Origin: an uncultured Planctomycetaceae bacterium
GTDB taxonomy: Bacteria; Planctomycetota; Planctomycetia; Pirellulales; PALSA-1355
Length of the DNA: 64,000 nucleotides
Reading direction: 5' to 3'
Assembly: GCA_963785305.1 (NCBI GenBank)
Contig: CAWAUV010000007.1
Location: 128,001 to 192,000, forward strand
Under the pieces are notes generated by a model. It made no database searches. It was given only the letters and a program-made list of their open reading frames with translations, and was not told the DNA's origin. This document shows, piece by piece, positions 1 to 9,724 of this stretch; the stretch's first letter is position 1; every line of letters starts with the position of its first letter. The position numbers were made by a program, and so were the translations under genes.

Positions 1-2
1 TC

Positions 3-128
3 GGCGTGGCCACTCTGGCGAGCGCGGTGGCGTTTCTGCTTGTGGCGACCATTTGGTTTTCGCCCTGGGCGCCGATCCAGCGCGACGCGCGCGATGACCC
101 GCCGCGAAGTTCCCCGGAAGGACATTGA
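3..128 (+). CDS. 3' end of a membrane protein (partial)
   Basis: Frame 3 reads GVATLASAVAFLLVATIWFSPW...EGH*, a hydrophobic helix, with TGA at 126-128. Confidence 0.45.
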   Translation, partial: GVATLASAVAFLLVATIWFSPWAPIQRDARDDPPRSSPEGH

Positions 129-131
129 AAC

Positions 132-1721
132 TTGACGTTACTCGCCTTGCTGACCTTGATCTCCGGCGCGATGAGCGACACCGCCGTGATTTGTCCCGCG
201 GAATTTCGTCCGGCGCTCGCTCCCTGGGTGACGCTGCGCGAGAGCGAGGGCCACGCGATCGCATTTCTCGATCCGGCCCGCGACGCGACCCAACAGCGGG
301 CCGCGCTGCGCCGCCTGGCGAACCAATGTCCGCTGCGATATGTGCTGCTGGTGGGCGACGCCGGCGGCGCCGGACCGCTCGGCGTGCCAAGCCGCTATCT
401 GCCGGCGGCGGTCAATGTTCGCTTCGGCTCGGAGCCCGAGATCGTGACCGACAATTATGTGGCCGATCTCGACGACGATGGCTCGCCCGACGTGGCGCTC
501 GGCAGGCTCGCGGCCGACACCAGCGCGGAGCTGGCCACGATCGTCTCCAAGATCGTGGCCTATGAGCGCGGCAAGGACTTTGGTTCCTGGCGCCGCGAGG
601 TGCATTTCGTGGCCGGAGGGGGCGGATTCGGCCCGGTGATCGATTCGGCGGTTGAAATGGCCGCGCGGAGCGTGATCACTTCCGGCATGCCCCCGGCCTA
701 TCACGCGGTAATGACCCAATCGAGTTGGACGAGCCCCTATTTTCCCGATCCGCGGCAATTTCATCGGTCGGCCCTGGCGGGACTCTCCAACGGCTGCTTG
801 TTTTGGGTGTACTTGGGCCATGGCCAGCGGCGATCGCTCGATTTGGCGCCGCCGCCCTATTTCCATCCGCCGGCGCCGATTCTCGATGTCGCCGCGGCGC
901 GCGAAATGATGGCCGCCAAAGCCCCGGCCATCGCCTGCTTGTTCGCCTGCTATAGCGGAGCGTTCGACGGACCCGACGACTGCCTGGGCGAAGAACTGCT
1001 CAAGGCGCCGGGCGGGCCGGTGGCCGTGCTCTGCGCGTCGCGCGTCACGATGCCCTACGGCATGACGGTGCTCGGCACGGAGTTGCTCTCGCAGGCGCTC
1101 GTCAAACGGCGCGCCTCCCTCGGCGACGCGGTGCTCGAGGCAAAACGCGCGGCCCTCGATCCGGCCAACACCTCCTCGACGCGAAAATCGCTCGACATGA
1201 TGGCCACGATCCTCAGCCCCGCGCCGGTCGACCTCGCCACCGAACGCGCCGAGCATGTGGCAATGTTCAATCTGCTCGGCGACCCGCTGCTCTCGCTCAA
1301 ACATCCGCGGCCAATCACGCTGAGCGCCGCGCGGCGGGCGAAAGCAGGAGAGGAACTCGAAATTGTCGGCGATAGCCCCATCGCGGGCGCCGCGGTATTC
1401 GAGGTGGTCGTGTCGCGCGAGCGATTGCGATTCGAGCCCGAGCCGCGATCAGGCCCACCCACGTCGCTGGCCGAAGCCGATCGCTGCGGCGAGACCTATC
1501 GGGCGGCCAACGACCCGGCGCTCGTACGCGAGAAGATGTCGCTCGATGCCGGACCGTTCGTGGTGCCCCTGCGGTTGCCGGCCGAGGCCAAGGGCGCGTG
1601 TTCGTGCGCGTGTTTGTCAGCGGCGACGACGACTTCGCGATGGGGGCCGCTCCGCTCGCGATCTCGCGGTCAACAAAGCAAGAGACGCCGCCCGCCGCGA
1701 TTCATCGGCCGTAGCTCATGA
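132..1721 (+). CDS. C25 (gingipain-like) cysteine peptidase
   Basis: YVLLVGD, TDNYVADLD...DVALGRL, YLGHG and FACYSG motifs; probable 1-nt indel near 1600 (alternative frame FVRVFVSGDDDFAMG ends 1714). Confidence 0.8.
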   Translation: MTLLALLTLISGAMSDTAVICPAEFRPALAPWVTLRESEGHAIAFLDPARDATQQRAALRRLANQCPLRYVLLVGDAGGAGPLGVPSRYLPAAVNVRFGSEPEIVTDNYVADLDDDGSPDVALGRLAADTSAELATIVSKIVAYERGKDFGSWRREVHFVAGGGGFGPVIDSAVEMAARSVITSGMPPAYHAVMTQSSWTSPYFPDPRQFHRSALAGLSNGCLFWVYLGHGQRRSLDLAPPPYFHPPAPILDVAAAREMMAAKAPAIACLFACYSGAFDGPDDCLGEELLKAPGGPVAVLCASRVTMPYGMTVLGTELLSQALVKRRASLGDAVLEAKRAALDPANTSSTRKSLDMMATILSPAPVDLATERAEHVAMFNLLGDPLLSLKHPRPITLSAARRAKAGEELEIVGDSPIAGAAVFEVVVSRERLRFEPEPRSGPPTSLAEADRCGETYRAANDPALVREKMSLDAGPFVVPLRLPAEAKGACSCACLSAATTTSRWGPLRSRSRGQQSKRRRPPRFIGRSS

Positions 1722-2733
1722 TGTTGCTCGTGAGCCGCGAGTCGTCGGCCAACGGACGACGCGCCGTGAGCTTCGCCTTGCCCAAGGCGCCATGATAGGA
1801 GCGCACCGCCTCTTCCGGCGAAAGCTGCCCCTGGGCCACGTGTCGCAAGTGCTCGATGAACGTCAACTGGCATTCGGCGTTGTTGATCTTGCGGCCGAAG
1901 AGCGCGGCTCGGGCGCCGTATTTCTTGGCTTCCGCCAGCAGCTTGAAAGCGTCGTAGGTCGTGCCGGCCGATCCGCCTAGAATGCCCACCACCAAATGCG
2001 GATCGTAGGCGACTAGCTCTTCCATTGCCCCGGGGCCATGATACACGGTCTTCAAGAAAATCGGCCGCCCCGCCGCCGCGACTCCGGCCAGAAGGCGGGC
2101 AATGCTGTCGTTGACGAATGCCGCGATTTGTTCCCCGCTCATTTCGCGAGCCGCGTTCGGATCGAAAACCTCCAAGAAATGGCGGAAGCCTTTTCGTTCG
2201 GCCTCTTCGCGAAAGCGGGCATAGGCTTCGAGCGTGGCCAGGTCTTCGTCGAGCCGGTTGTTGAGCGTGATGCTGTAGAGCCCCAGATCGGCGCCGCGCT
2301 TTCGCTCCTCGGGCGAACAATCGACCCGGCCGCCTTGGATATGATCGATCAGCGCCGAGCGAAACGGTCGCGAGGGCTGGCTGATATAGGCATTGTGCCG
2401 CACGGCGAAGATATCGCTCGTGTCGTTGGCGCGGGCCGCGGGCGTGACCGGGCTGCCGTCGAACAGTCGCTCGCGAAAGGCGAGCGCGTCGCTGCCGCTG
2501 GCCGACATGAGCATGATGTCGACCAGCCCGCGCCGCACGATCTCGCGCATTTGATCGCGAAACTCCTCGAGGCTGCGCAAGCGGGGCGGGCCACCGGCTT
2601 CGGCCCGCGCAAAGCCCGTGGCCCCGACTCCAAACGCCATGTCGGCGTCCTTGGCGTCGGCGAGAATAAAGTCGGTGGCCGAGGCGGGCGCGGCATGAAT
2701 CGCGGCCAATTTGCGATCAAGCGATTTTTCCAT
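1702..2733 (-). CDS. Conserved aldolase-like TIM-barrel protein
   Basis: 343 aa ORF with ADAKDADMAFG, FLEVF, VGILGG and ALFGRKIN motifs resembling class I aldolase folds. Confidence 0.6.
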   Translation of the reverse strand: MEKSLDRKLAAIHAAPASATDFILADAKDADMAFGVGATGFARAEAGGPPRLRSLEEFRDQMREIVRRGLVDIMLMSASGSDALAFRERLFDGSPVTPAARANDTSDIFAVRHNAYISQPSRPFRSALIDHIQGGRVDCSPEERKRGADLGLYSITLNNRLDEDLATLEAYARFREEAERKGFRHFLEVFDPNAAREMSGEQIAAFVNDSIARLLAGVAAAGRPIFLKTVYHGPGAMEELVAYDPHLVVGILGGSAGTTYDAFKLLAEAKKYGARAALFGRKINNAECQLTFIEHLRHVAQGQLSPEEAVRSYHGALGKAKLTARRPLADDSRLTSNIMSYGR

Positions 2734-2804
2734 GCGCCTGATTGTCCGCGCCCCGAACCGCTTTGCAATGCCCCCGCGCCCGGCCCCGCGTAATCCAACT
2801 CCTC

Positions 2805-2839
2805 CCCCCTCTCCCCACGGGAGAGAGCAGGGCGAGGGG
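2805..2839 (-). repeat. REP-like palindromic element
   Basis: Reverse complement CCCCTCGCCCTGCTCTCTCCCGTGGGGAGAGGGGG, of the CCCTCTCCC..GGGAGAGGG type. Confidence 0.6.
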
Positions 2840-3047
2840 CGCCGCAGATTGCGAGCACGCCGCGTGAGGGCTAACCGAAGTTCGCCACGATCCTCCTTGG
2901 GTCCTCACAGATCATTCGTGAAGCTTTTGCGATGCTCGCGGCCTTGGTAACCTATTTTGGTGTTGGATGGCTGCGCTGCAAACGGTCTATAAGAAATTCG
3001 CATTTTCGGAACGTCCAGCCAATGAAACAGAGGAATTCGTTTCAATA

Positions 3048-3664
3048 ATGAATAACACATCCATTGTCTATGTGCTCTCGAACCCAGCGATGCCGAATCT
3101 TATAAAGATCGGTCGAACAAACGAGGTGGACGCAAGCACTCGGATCGCTCAGCTCTATTCGACGGGGGTGCCGGTACCGTTCAAACTCGAATTTGCATGC
3201 AGGGTAAGCAACGCCGATGAAGTGGAAAGGGCACTACACGCGGCGTTCGCTCCCAGCCGGATTAATCCGCGCGAGAATTCTTTCGAGTCGAACCAGACCA
3301 GGTGATTGCGATCTTGCGGCTACTTCACACCGACGATGCGACGGTAGCGGTCGCAGCGCAGCCAACCGATGTCGACGAACAGTCGCTCGCCGCCGCCGAG
3401 CAGCTTCGAAAACGCCGGCCGAATCTCAATTTCGAAGAGATGGGAATTCCGATTGGAGCGCAATTGAGGTTTTCGGATACGGGCGTGACAGCGACGGTCA
3501 TAAGCGCGAAGAAAGTGCGGCTCGGCGACGAGGACGTGTCGCTTACTGCCGCGACGCGGCAGCTTTTACAGCTCGATTACAATGTGCAACCCGGTCCGCA
3601 TTGGATCTATAACGGAAGAACGATCCACGAGATATATGAAGAGACTTACAGCGAGCCTGAATAG
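3048..3664 (+). pseudogene. GIY-YIG nuclease (T5orf172/MUG113-like), split by a 1-nt frameshift near 3270
   Basis: IVYVLSNPAMPNLIKIGRT...QLYSTGVPVPF...NPR joins REFFRVEPDQVIAIL in another frame. Confidence 0.75.
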
Positions 3665-4034
3665 GGATTCTTGTGACGCGAAATGCGGCGGCAAGCGAAC
3701 CGACGCCGGCATCGAACAGACCGAAAGAGCGACCCCGCACAGACAAACATCGCGGCCATCAAGGGGCCAACCGGCGTCAGGCCGCCGACTTAAACGAGTG
3801 TCACCAAGCGCGGCGGCATCGCCTTCCCGAAGGAATCAATTCGCAGGAAGTCCAATCGGTCGAATAGGGCTTCAGTGCATTTCTGAATCGCTCGCTAGCG
3901 AATCGCTTCGTTACTTTCAAACCGACATCATACTGGGTAGGCCGCGAGCTTGCGACGTGCCTCGTTGCGAGGTCTAATTCCAGCTAATGCCTTGAAACCC
4001 GCGATTCAGCCGACGCGTCCCATACGCTTCCCAA

Positions 4035-4961
4035 ATGCAAAAACTGAAGCCTGATCCGATCACCTCCGCCGACATTCGTGAATTCGTCCAGGGGGCATCT
4101 GACTTTGCCTTCGAGATACGCACGCTCAAGGTACTTTCATCGCTCGGGCTCGACTGCGATCACCGGGGTACTTACGACGACCCCGTTACAAAAAAGCCGA
4201 GACAATTCGATATTCGAGCGACGGGAACAAATCGAGGCTGTTTGATTCGCCTCGCGGTTGAATGCAAAAACCTTCAGCCCACGGCTCCGCTTCTCGTATC
4301 GTGTCTGCCCCGGACTCTCGACGAAAGTTTCCACGAAGTCATTATTTCCGTCCATGGCGAAAAGTATTCGCTGATCTCTCAACGCGAGCAACTGAGTGAA
4401 TACTCGCTTTCTTCGGAGCCTTCCGCCAAAAACGTTCGACTTACACGATACGACAGCATTTATAAGGTAGGAGAGCCCGTCGGCAAATGCTGCGATCAGG
4501 TACGCCGCGATGCTCATACTCAACTTGTTTCAAACGACGCCGATGTCTACGAAAAATGGTCGCAGGCGGTTGCATCAGCACAGGACTTGGTCGAACGGTC
4601 GTGCGGCGACGCGGCGCGATTGCAACGGCCGGCACAGTTCGCCTTCGTTCTTCCCGTTCTAGTCGTGCCCAACGGGACGCTGTGGGAGACGCTTTACGGC
4701 GATGACGGGAATTGCACCAGTACGCCCGCACTGACTGACCGATGTTCATTTTTTATCAACAAGTTCTATTTTGCACACCATAGTGTTCACGGCACCGGAT
4801 ACAAAGTTTCCCACCTGGAATTCGTCACGACTAGTGGACTGGAAACACTTGTCCGTTGCCTCTTGAAAAACAGCGAGTTGGTGGTTTTTCCGATGCAGTC
4901 GATCCTGGACAAATACGAACGCTATGTGTTGACCGGAATCGAGAACGACGGGGCAATGTGA
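4035..4961 (+). CDS. Hypothetical protein, PD-(D/E)XK nuclease-like
   Basis: FAFE...RQFDIRA...LAVECK pattern. Confidence 0.55.
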   Translation: MQKLKPDPITSADIREFVQGASDFAFEIRTLKVLSSLGLDCDHRGTYDDPVTKKPRQFDIRATGTNRGCLIRLAVECKNLQPTAPLLVSCLPRTLDESFHEVIISVHGEKYSLISQREQLSEYSLSSEPSAKNVRLTRYDSIYKVGEPVGKCCDQVRRDAHTQLVSNDADVYEKWSQAVASAQDLVERSCGDAARLQRPAQFAFVLPVLVVPNGTLWETLYGDDGNCTSTPALTDRCSFFINKFYFAHHSVHGTGYKVSHLEFVTTSGLETLVRCLLKNSELVVFPMQSILDKYERYVLTGIENDGAM

Positions 4962-5439
4962 GCTCATCAAGCCGCCCTTTTCCCTGGATTTTCAACGCCT
5001 TGCTCGCCGCAGCCGGATTCTATCGATGGATCGAAGATCGCTACCAACCGTTTTACGTCGAGAATCCAGATTGAGAAGCTCGGCACGCCGTCGCATCGCG
5101 CCGGGCATCATTCAGCCTTCCGAATCCGCGTCACTTCGACCAGAAGCGGAAGAAGAACCTATCGAACGACGAGTGGGTGTCCTCGACCGATCCCGACGCG
5201 CGCATCGCCGTCGTCTTCGTCGGGTTGAATTCCGGAGATGGGAGGCGGAGGAAGTGACCGATCAGCGGTTGCGCCGCAATGTTTCAGTCGGTGGGCGGAG
5301 CGTGGTTTTCCCACGAAAGAGCCGCGGGCCCGGAGCCATTCACAATCCCGCGGAATTGCCTCCGCCGGGAACCAGGGCGTCTCCGCGTTTGACCAGGATG
5401 CGGAAAATCCTTTTTCCGTGCGTCGTCGCGGGATAACAG

Positions 5440-5481
5440 CGAGGGTGGGGGGACTCGAACCCCTGACCTCTAGCGTGACAG
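5440..5481 (-). other. 3' half of tRNA-Asp(GTC), prophage att core duplication
   Basis: Reverse complement CTGTCAC GCTAG AGGTC AGGGG TTCGAGT CCCCC CACCCTC G = anticodon loop, T arm, acceptor strand, discriminator G; no D arm or 5' acceptor strand upstream. Confidence 0.85.
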
Positions 5482-5733
5482 ACCATCAAAAAAACTGCCG
5501 AAATCGCCTAAAATCTCGAAGATTCGAGTACTTTATCACAAACACGGCATATTGCAAGCAATTGCGAAAAACCCCGAGAGTTTTGCCCTATTTCGGTAGT
5601 AGGCGGCGCGCAAGGCGGTAGTTGACGCTTCAGGAGTGCTGTAGCAGTTGGTTAGTGAATGGCACTAAGAAATGGGGCACCCCCGGGAATCGCGATTTGG
5701 GGCGGTCGCTTCTTGCGCACGTTGCCACGTTCG

Positions 5734-6198
5734 CTAATCAGGCTGCTCTTCAAGGAAGCCAATCCAATCAGCGATGACGATGCGTTGAAGTAAGATATTG
5801 TAGCCGACATCTATCCCCGCAATCACCGAAACTGCTACGCACACAGCTGCCGCCCAGTTGCAGTTGAAGAGACCGATCGTTAGCTGAAGGACAGCCGCAA
5901 CAAACGTAAGGACGACCGCCCAAAAAATTGTGCCGTTCAATCTCTTGAGCTGGCCATATCGCGAGAGAGACGGCTTCAATTCTTTCAGTTTCTTGACTCT
6001 AGCGCCGTAACTCGGTGTGCCGTAAACATCCTTTTGCAGCGTTACGAGCAAGAATGTCTTGACCGAGAAAAGAAACGCGCAGAGCGTTAAGAAGCCGGCG
6101 AACAAATTGGGCCGCAACGCTTCGGCATAAAAGGACGCGAAACTGTCCTTTCCGCCAGCGAGAGCCCACGCCACAGAGTCCGCAATCCATTGGCTCAT
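5734..6198 (-). CDS. Small membrane protein (about 3 TM), RexB-like partner
   Basis: Three hydrophobic segments; 15 nt downstream of the co-oriented soluble gene. Confidence 0.65.
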   Translation of the reverse strand: MSQWIADSVAWALAGGKDSFASFYAEALRPNLFAGFLTLCAFLFSVKTFLLVTLQKDVYGTPSYGARVKKLKELKPSLSRYGQLKRLNGTIFWAVVLTFVAAVLQLTIGLFNCNWAAAVCVAVSVIAGIDVGYNILLQRIVIADWIGFLEEQPD

Positions 6199-6213
6199 GG
6201 CGGCGTTCGACGA

Positions 6214-7170
6214 TCAGTTGGTTATGGGAGTCTCGAAAATTGCCGGATGGCTCTTCGCGACGGCGATCATTGTTCCAATTATCGGCAAATTTGCGATATC
6301 CTCAAGTAGCAAATTCTCGGCCACAACGATCTCATTGTAGCCGTACGCACCGAACGAATCCACCTCGGGTGAGATACTTATCGGAGGCAAGTCCATGCCA
6401 GAGCTGTTTTTGCCTCGCGCTGTTGCCGACCTGACGTTTCGGCCGAGAAGCTTTTCTTTAATGAATTTGATGATATTGGTCCGGGATGAGTTCTTTCGTG
6501 GACCGCCTTTCTTCCTCGGAGCGACATCGAATTTGAGCACGCGATGATCGAGTCGCATCTGGTCCTTAACTAAAACGTACTTCGGGTCGGCGACGTTAGG
6601 TTCGTCATACGACAGTTCCGTAATGACATCGAGACTCTGGAGAAGTTTCTCGAATGTCCCTTTTCGGTAGATGGGGATGAATGCGAGCTTTCCGGCCGCG
6701 AACTTCGAGAAAATCGCGCTCTTAGTAATCGGGGGATTCGATCCCTTCATCACGACGACCATCGCATCACGCGCTCGCCGCTTACTTTGCATATAACGAT
6801 TGCGCAGCACTCGGCAAAACGAAATGACCGATCCCGCTCCGGAATACCGTGAAACGAGTCCTGCGCCCGTTGCGGAATTTACGACGAAAAAATTAAGCGA
6901 CTGCTTTTCGCCCTCCGCAGATGAATCATGGACCGTGAATACCAGACGACCCTGCGAATCTCGGGATAGAAGCGGGTCCTTGTTTTGTTGCGTGGCGGTC
7001 GAGAGCAGCCCCACCAAGTAGCCATCTCGCAAGCCTACCGCAATGGCACGGTCACAACTGCCATACCGAAACTCATCGATCGCCGCAGAATCCGCCGCAA
7101 ATTTCGCTAGCTCATAATCGTGGCAGATATCGGAAAGAAGAAACCCGTTTAAGTGAACGCGAACCGCCAT
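6214..7170 (-). CDS. Hypothetical soluble protein (possibly DUF4747/RexA-like)
   Basis: About 318 aa ORF, lower GC, operonic with the TM gene; family assignment is inference. Confidence 0.55.
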   Translation of the reverse strand: MAVRVHLNGFLLSDICHDYELAKFAADSAAIDEFRYGSCDRAIAVGLRDGYLVGLLSTATQQNKDPLLSRDSQGRLVFTVHDSSAEGEKQSLNFFVVNSATGAGLVSRYSGAGSVISFCRVLRNRYMQSKRRARDAMVVVMKGSNPPITKSAIFSKFAAGKLAFIPIYRKGTFEKLLQSLDVITELSYDEPNVADPKYVLVKDQMRLDHRVLKFDVAPRKKGGPRKNSSRTNIIKFIKEKLLGRNVRSATARGKNSSGMDLPPISISPEVDSFGAYGYNEIVVAENLLLEDIANLPIIGTMIAVAKSHPAIFETPITN

Positions 7171-7465
7171 TTCCGCCCCCACTCCGACAGGCCTCGAAAC
7201 ACCTTATGTCGCGAGCCAACAATCTAGCAGCCGAAGTTGCCCGAGCAAGTAAGCGGAATGAGATTTTGCCTATTTTTTGGCGGTGGCGCCCTTTCGGTGC
7301 TGCCCGTCTTTGCCCGCCATTCGGGCGCGGCACTGGTTGGCGGCAGGCATCAGGATAATCCCCAGTTTTGGATATAAATGGCGGCAAGCATTCCTCCGGC
7401 ATAATGCTCCACCCAGCAGTGGGGATTTTCAAAACTGTCAAGATTTGTATATTGTGGCCTGTTAG

Positions 7466-7488
7466 CTGACATTGCTCAATGATGTCAG
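7466..7488. promoter_or_regulatory. Palindromic operator CTGACAT-N9-ATGTCAG
   Basis: Perfect 7-bp inverted repeat just upstream of the 7510-9374 operon encoding an XRE HTH. Confidence 0.5.
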
Positions 7489-7509
7489 TTTTCGTTTTCC
7501 AGGGAGGTT

Positions 7510-8175
7510 GTGATGGATCGCCACGAAATCTTTCGGCGGGACGCTCCGGCCGAATATCTGCGTAAATGCTTGATGGGCCTATTTGAGAACTATTTGTCTG
7601 CCGCCGAATGGTGCGGCGACAGATTTGAACCATCGGAGGCGTTCAACGTGCTGCCGTTCTATCGTCGTGGCATGATCGAGGGCAGCTTGCGGGAGGCAGC
7701 TTACGGCGTGGAGGGAATGAAAACTTCGGTCGAGCGAGATGGGTTTTGGAATCATACCGTGGTGTCGTTTGGCGATTGCATCATGACGCAAGCGACCGCC
7801 AAGTGCCCGGATGACCTCGTACGATGCTCGCTAGCGCGACAAGCTTACTCCGAGCCGGATAACCAGAAGTATTTGAACGCTTCTTTCCAGCCCGCCACCG
7901 AGTCACGCCGCGGATTTGTTTACGGATTGCTGATACACGGACGTGATCCGCGCGAACGATTCTTCCCTGCCTTTGCCCAGATTGTTTTCCCCAATCGTAA
8001 TTTGGAGAGCTATTTCTCCCGACGAATCGACCTATTCAAAGAGTTCCCGGAAGTGGTTCGGCAATGCACGAGCGGCATATTTGAAGAACGACACGAGAGC
8101 CTTAAGCAGCAATTTGAATTGATCGAGATGCCGGAACCCGAGCTGCGTGATGACTTGGGGGAGTCGTTTGCATGA
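7510..8175 (+). CDS. Hypothetical protein, putative toxin
   Basis: 221 aa ORF with GGAGG RBS; ATGA overlap with the next gene. Confidence 0.65.
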   Translation: MMDRHEIFRRDAPAEYLRKCLMGLFENYLSAAEWCGDRFEPSEAFNVLPFYRRGMIEGSLREAAYGVEGMKTSVERDGFWNHTVVSFGDCIMTQATAKCPDDLVRCSLARQAYSEPDNQKYLNASFQPATESRRGFVYGLLIHGRDPRERFFPAFAQIVFPNRNLESYFSRRIDLFKEFPEVVRQCTSGIFEERHESLKQQFELIEMPEPELRDDLGESFA

Positions 8176-9374
8176 GAGTTGGCACGCCAAGTTTCGTCGG
8201 AAGTAGACTTAAAGAAGCCCGCGAAGCGCGTGGCCTGACTTGTCAGGCGCTTGCAGATTCGCTGGGAGTCACACGGTCATCGGTTTCAAATTACGAAAAC
8301 GGACTTCAGACGCCCTCGCCTGATGTTTTGCAGCAATTAAGCTGCGCGCTTAATGTTCCCTCGCGTTTTTTTATGCGGCAGGTAGCTCCGAGGGACAGGG
8401 CAGCCCAATTTTTTCGCAGCTTTCATTCGGCAACAAAACAATCGCGGCTCATTGCGTCGAGAAAATATGAATGGTTCCGGGATATCGCGGCGTTTGTTCA
8501 TCAGTTCGTCAAGTTTCCAGAGGTGGACTTGCCAAACTTATGCGCCGAGTTAGGACACGACAAACTGTCCGATCATGATGTAGATGACCTAGCGGGAAGG
8601 CTACGCGACCATTGGGAGCTTGGCGACCGTCCGATCAGCAACGTGATCTGGTTGCTTGAAAACAAAGGCGTCGTTTGCTCTCGCTTCGCGTTTGGCTGCA
8701 TGTCACTTGACGCATTCTCCGAGTGGAGGGGCTTGAGACCATACATCGCCCTGTCATCAGACAAAAGCTGCTGCGCACGGTCGCGATTCGATGCCGCGCA
8801 CGAGTTGGCGCACCTCGCGCTTCACCGATCAATTCTCCCAGAACAATTGCAATCATACAGTCGTTTCTCGCTCATCGAGCGACAGGCGGATATGTTCGCG
8901 TCGTCCTTTTTGTTACCAGCCTCATCGTTCGCAAATGACTTTTCTCCCGCACTCGATGCGTTGCGGGACCTTAAGAGGAAATGGCATGTCTCGATTGGCG
9001 CAATGGTTCGGCGTGGTCGGCAGCTCAACCTAATCACAGACACGCAAGAGCGGAACTTGTGGAGGCAAATCGGACGGCGCAAATGGAGGACGCGCGAGCC
9101 GCTTGACGATGTGCTGCCGGTGGAAGAGCCAGAATTTGTCCGTCGGAGTATCTTGCTTCTCGAAAAGCGTGGCTTATCGTCAGTTCATGATATTGCATTC
9201 CATCTCGGGCTTTCCGAGGGCGAGGTCGCCGATTTAGCAGGAATCAATATCGTTCGGATGGATCAACAGTTGTCTCCAGACGACCAACCAGCGCGGCATG
9301 AAAGCCGACGCGAGCATCCAATTACCATCCCGTTTTCAACCTCCAGAGCTATTCGCGATAGCGGAGGGTGCTGA
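8172..9374 (+). CDS. XRE HTH-ImmA/IrrE zinc metallopeptidase fusion
   Basis: N-terminal RLKEAREARG...VSNYENG HTH; RFDAAHELAH HExxH; ERQADMFASSFLLP. Confidence 0.9.
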   Translation: MRVGTPSFVGSRLKEAREARGLTCQALADSLGVTRSSVSNYENGLQTPSPDVLQQLSCALNVPSRFFMRQVAPRDRAAQFFRSFHSATKQSRLIASRKYEWFRDIAAFVHQFVKFPEVDLPNLCAELGHDKLSDHDVDDLAGRLRDHWELGDRPISNVIWLLENKGVVCSRFAFGCMSLDAFSEWRGLRPYIALSSDKSCCARSRFDAAHELAHLALHRSILPEQLQSYSRFSLIERQADMFASSFLLPASSFANDFSPALDALRDLKRKWHVSIGAMVRRGRQLNLITDTQERNLWRQIGRRKWRTREPLDDVLPVEEPEFVRRSILLLEKRGLSSVHDIAFHLGLSEGEVADLAGINIVRMDQQLSPDDQPARHESRREHPITIPFSTSRAIRDSGGC

Positions 9375-9724
9375 ACTATCAGCGAAGAGATAACAAAAAC
9401 GGAAAGCGCCATGGCTGGCGCTTTCCGTTAGATGGGCCCGCCAGGCTATGCCGCTCGCCGTCGAGCGGCCCACTGTCGCACACCAGTGACGAGGATCGGG
9501 CACAGAGTCGGCTGGTGTCATTCCGGCGATTATGGTCGTGCAAATTCGACCGCCGCAAGATCCGTCCACCAGAATCGCGTCCGCCGCCCTCGGATGGCAC
9601 GCATGCCCAAGCCTTCAATGGCTCCGCTCAGCAATGCGGGTGTCATTGGGCGCTTGAAAAGGGACCACCTATGGGCGCTTCCGGGGCGGTCAGTGGATGT
9701 GACGGTTGATAATCGTTAAAGTCG

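Noticed and set aside
138..1304. 388-aa minus-strand ORF
   Set aside because: Shadow of the C25 peptidase.
5050..5430. Possible riboswitch or ncRNA next to the att site
   Set aside because: No recognisable consensus or convincing structure.
5430..5520. Intact tRNA-Asp gene
   Set aside because: No D arm or 5' acceptor strand, and the anticodon stem pairs poorly; treated as an att remnant.
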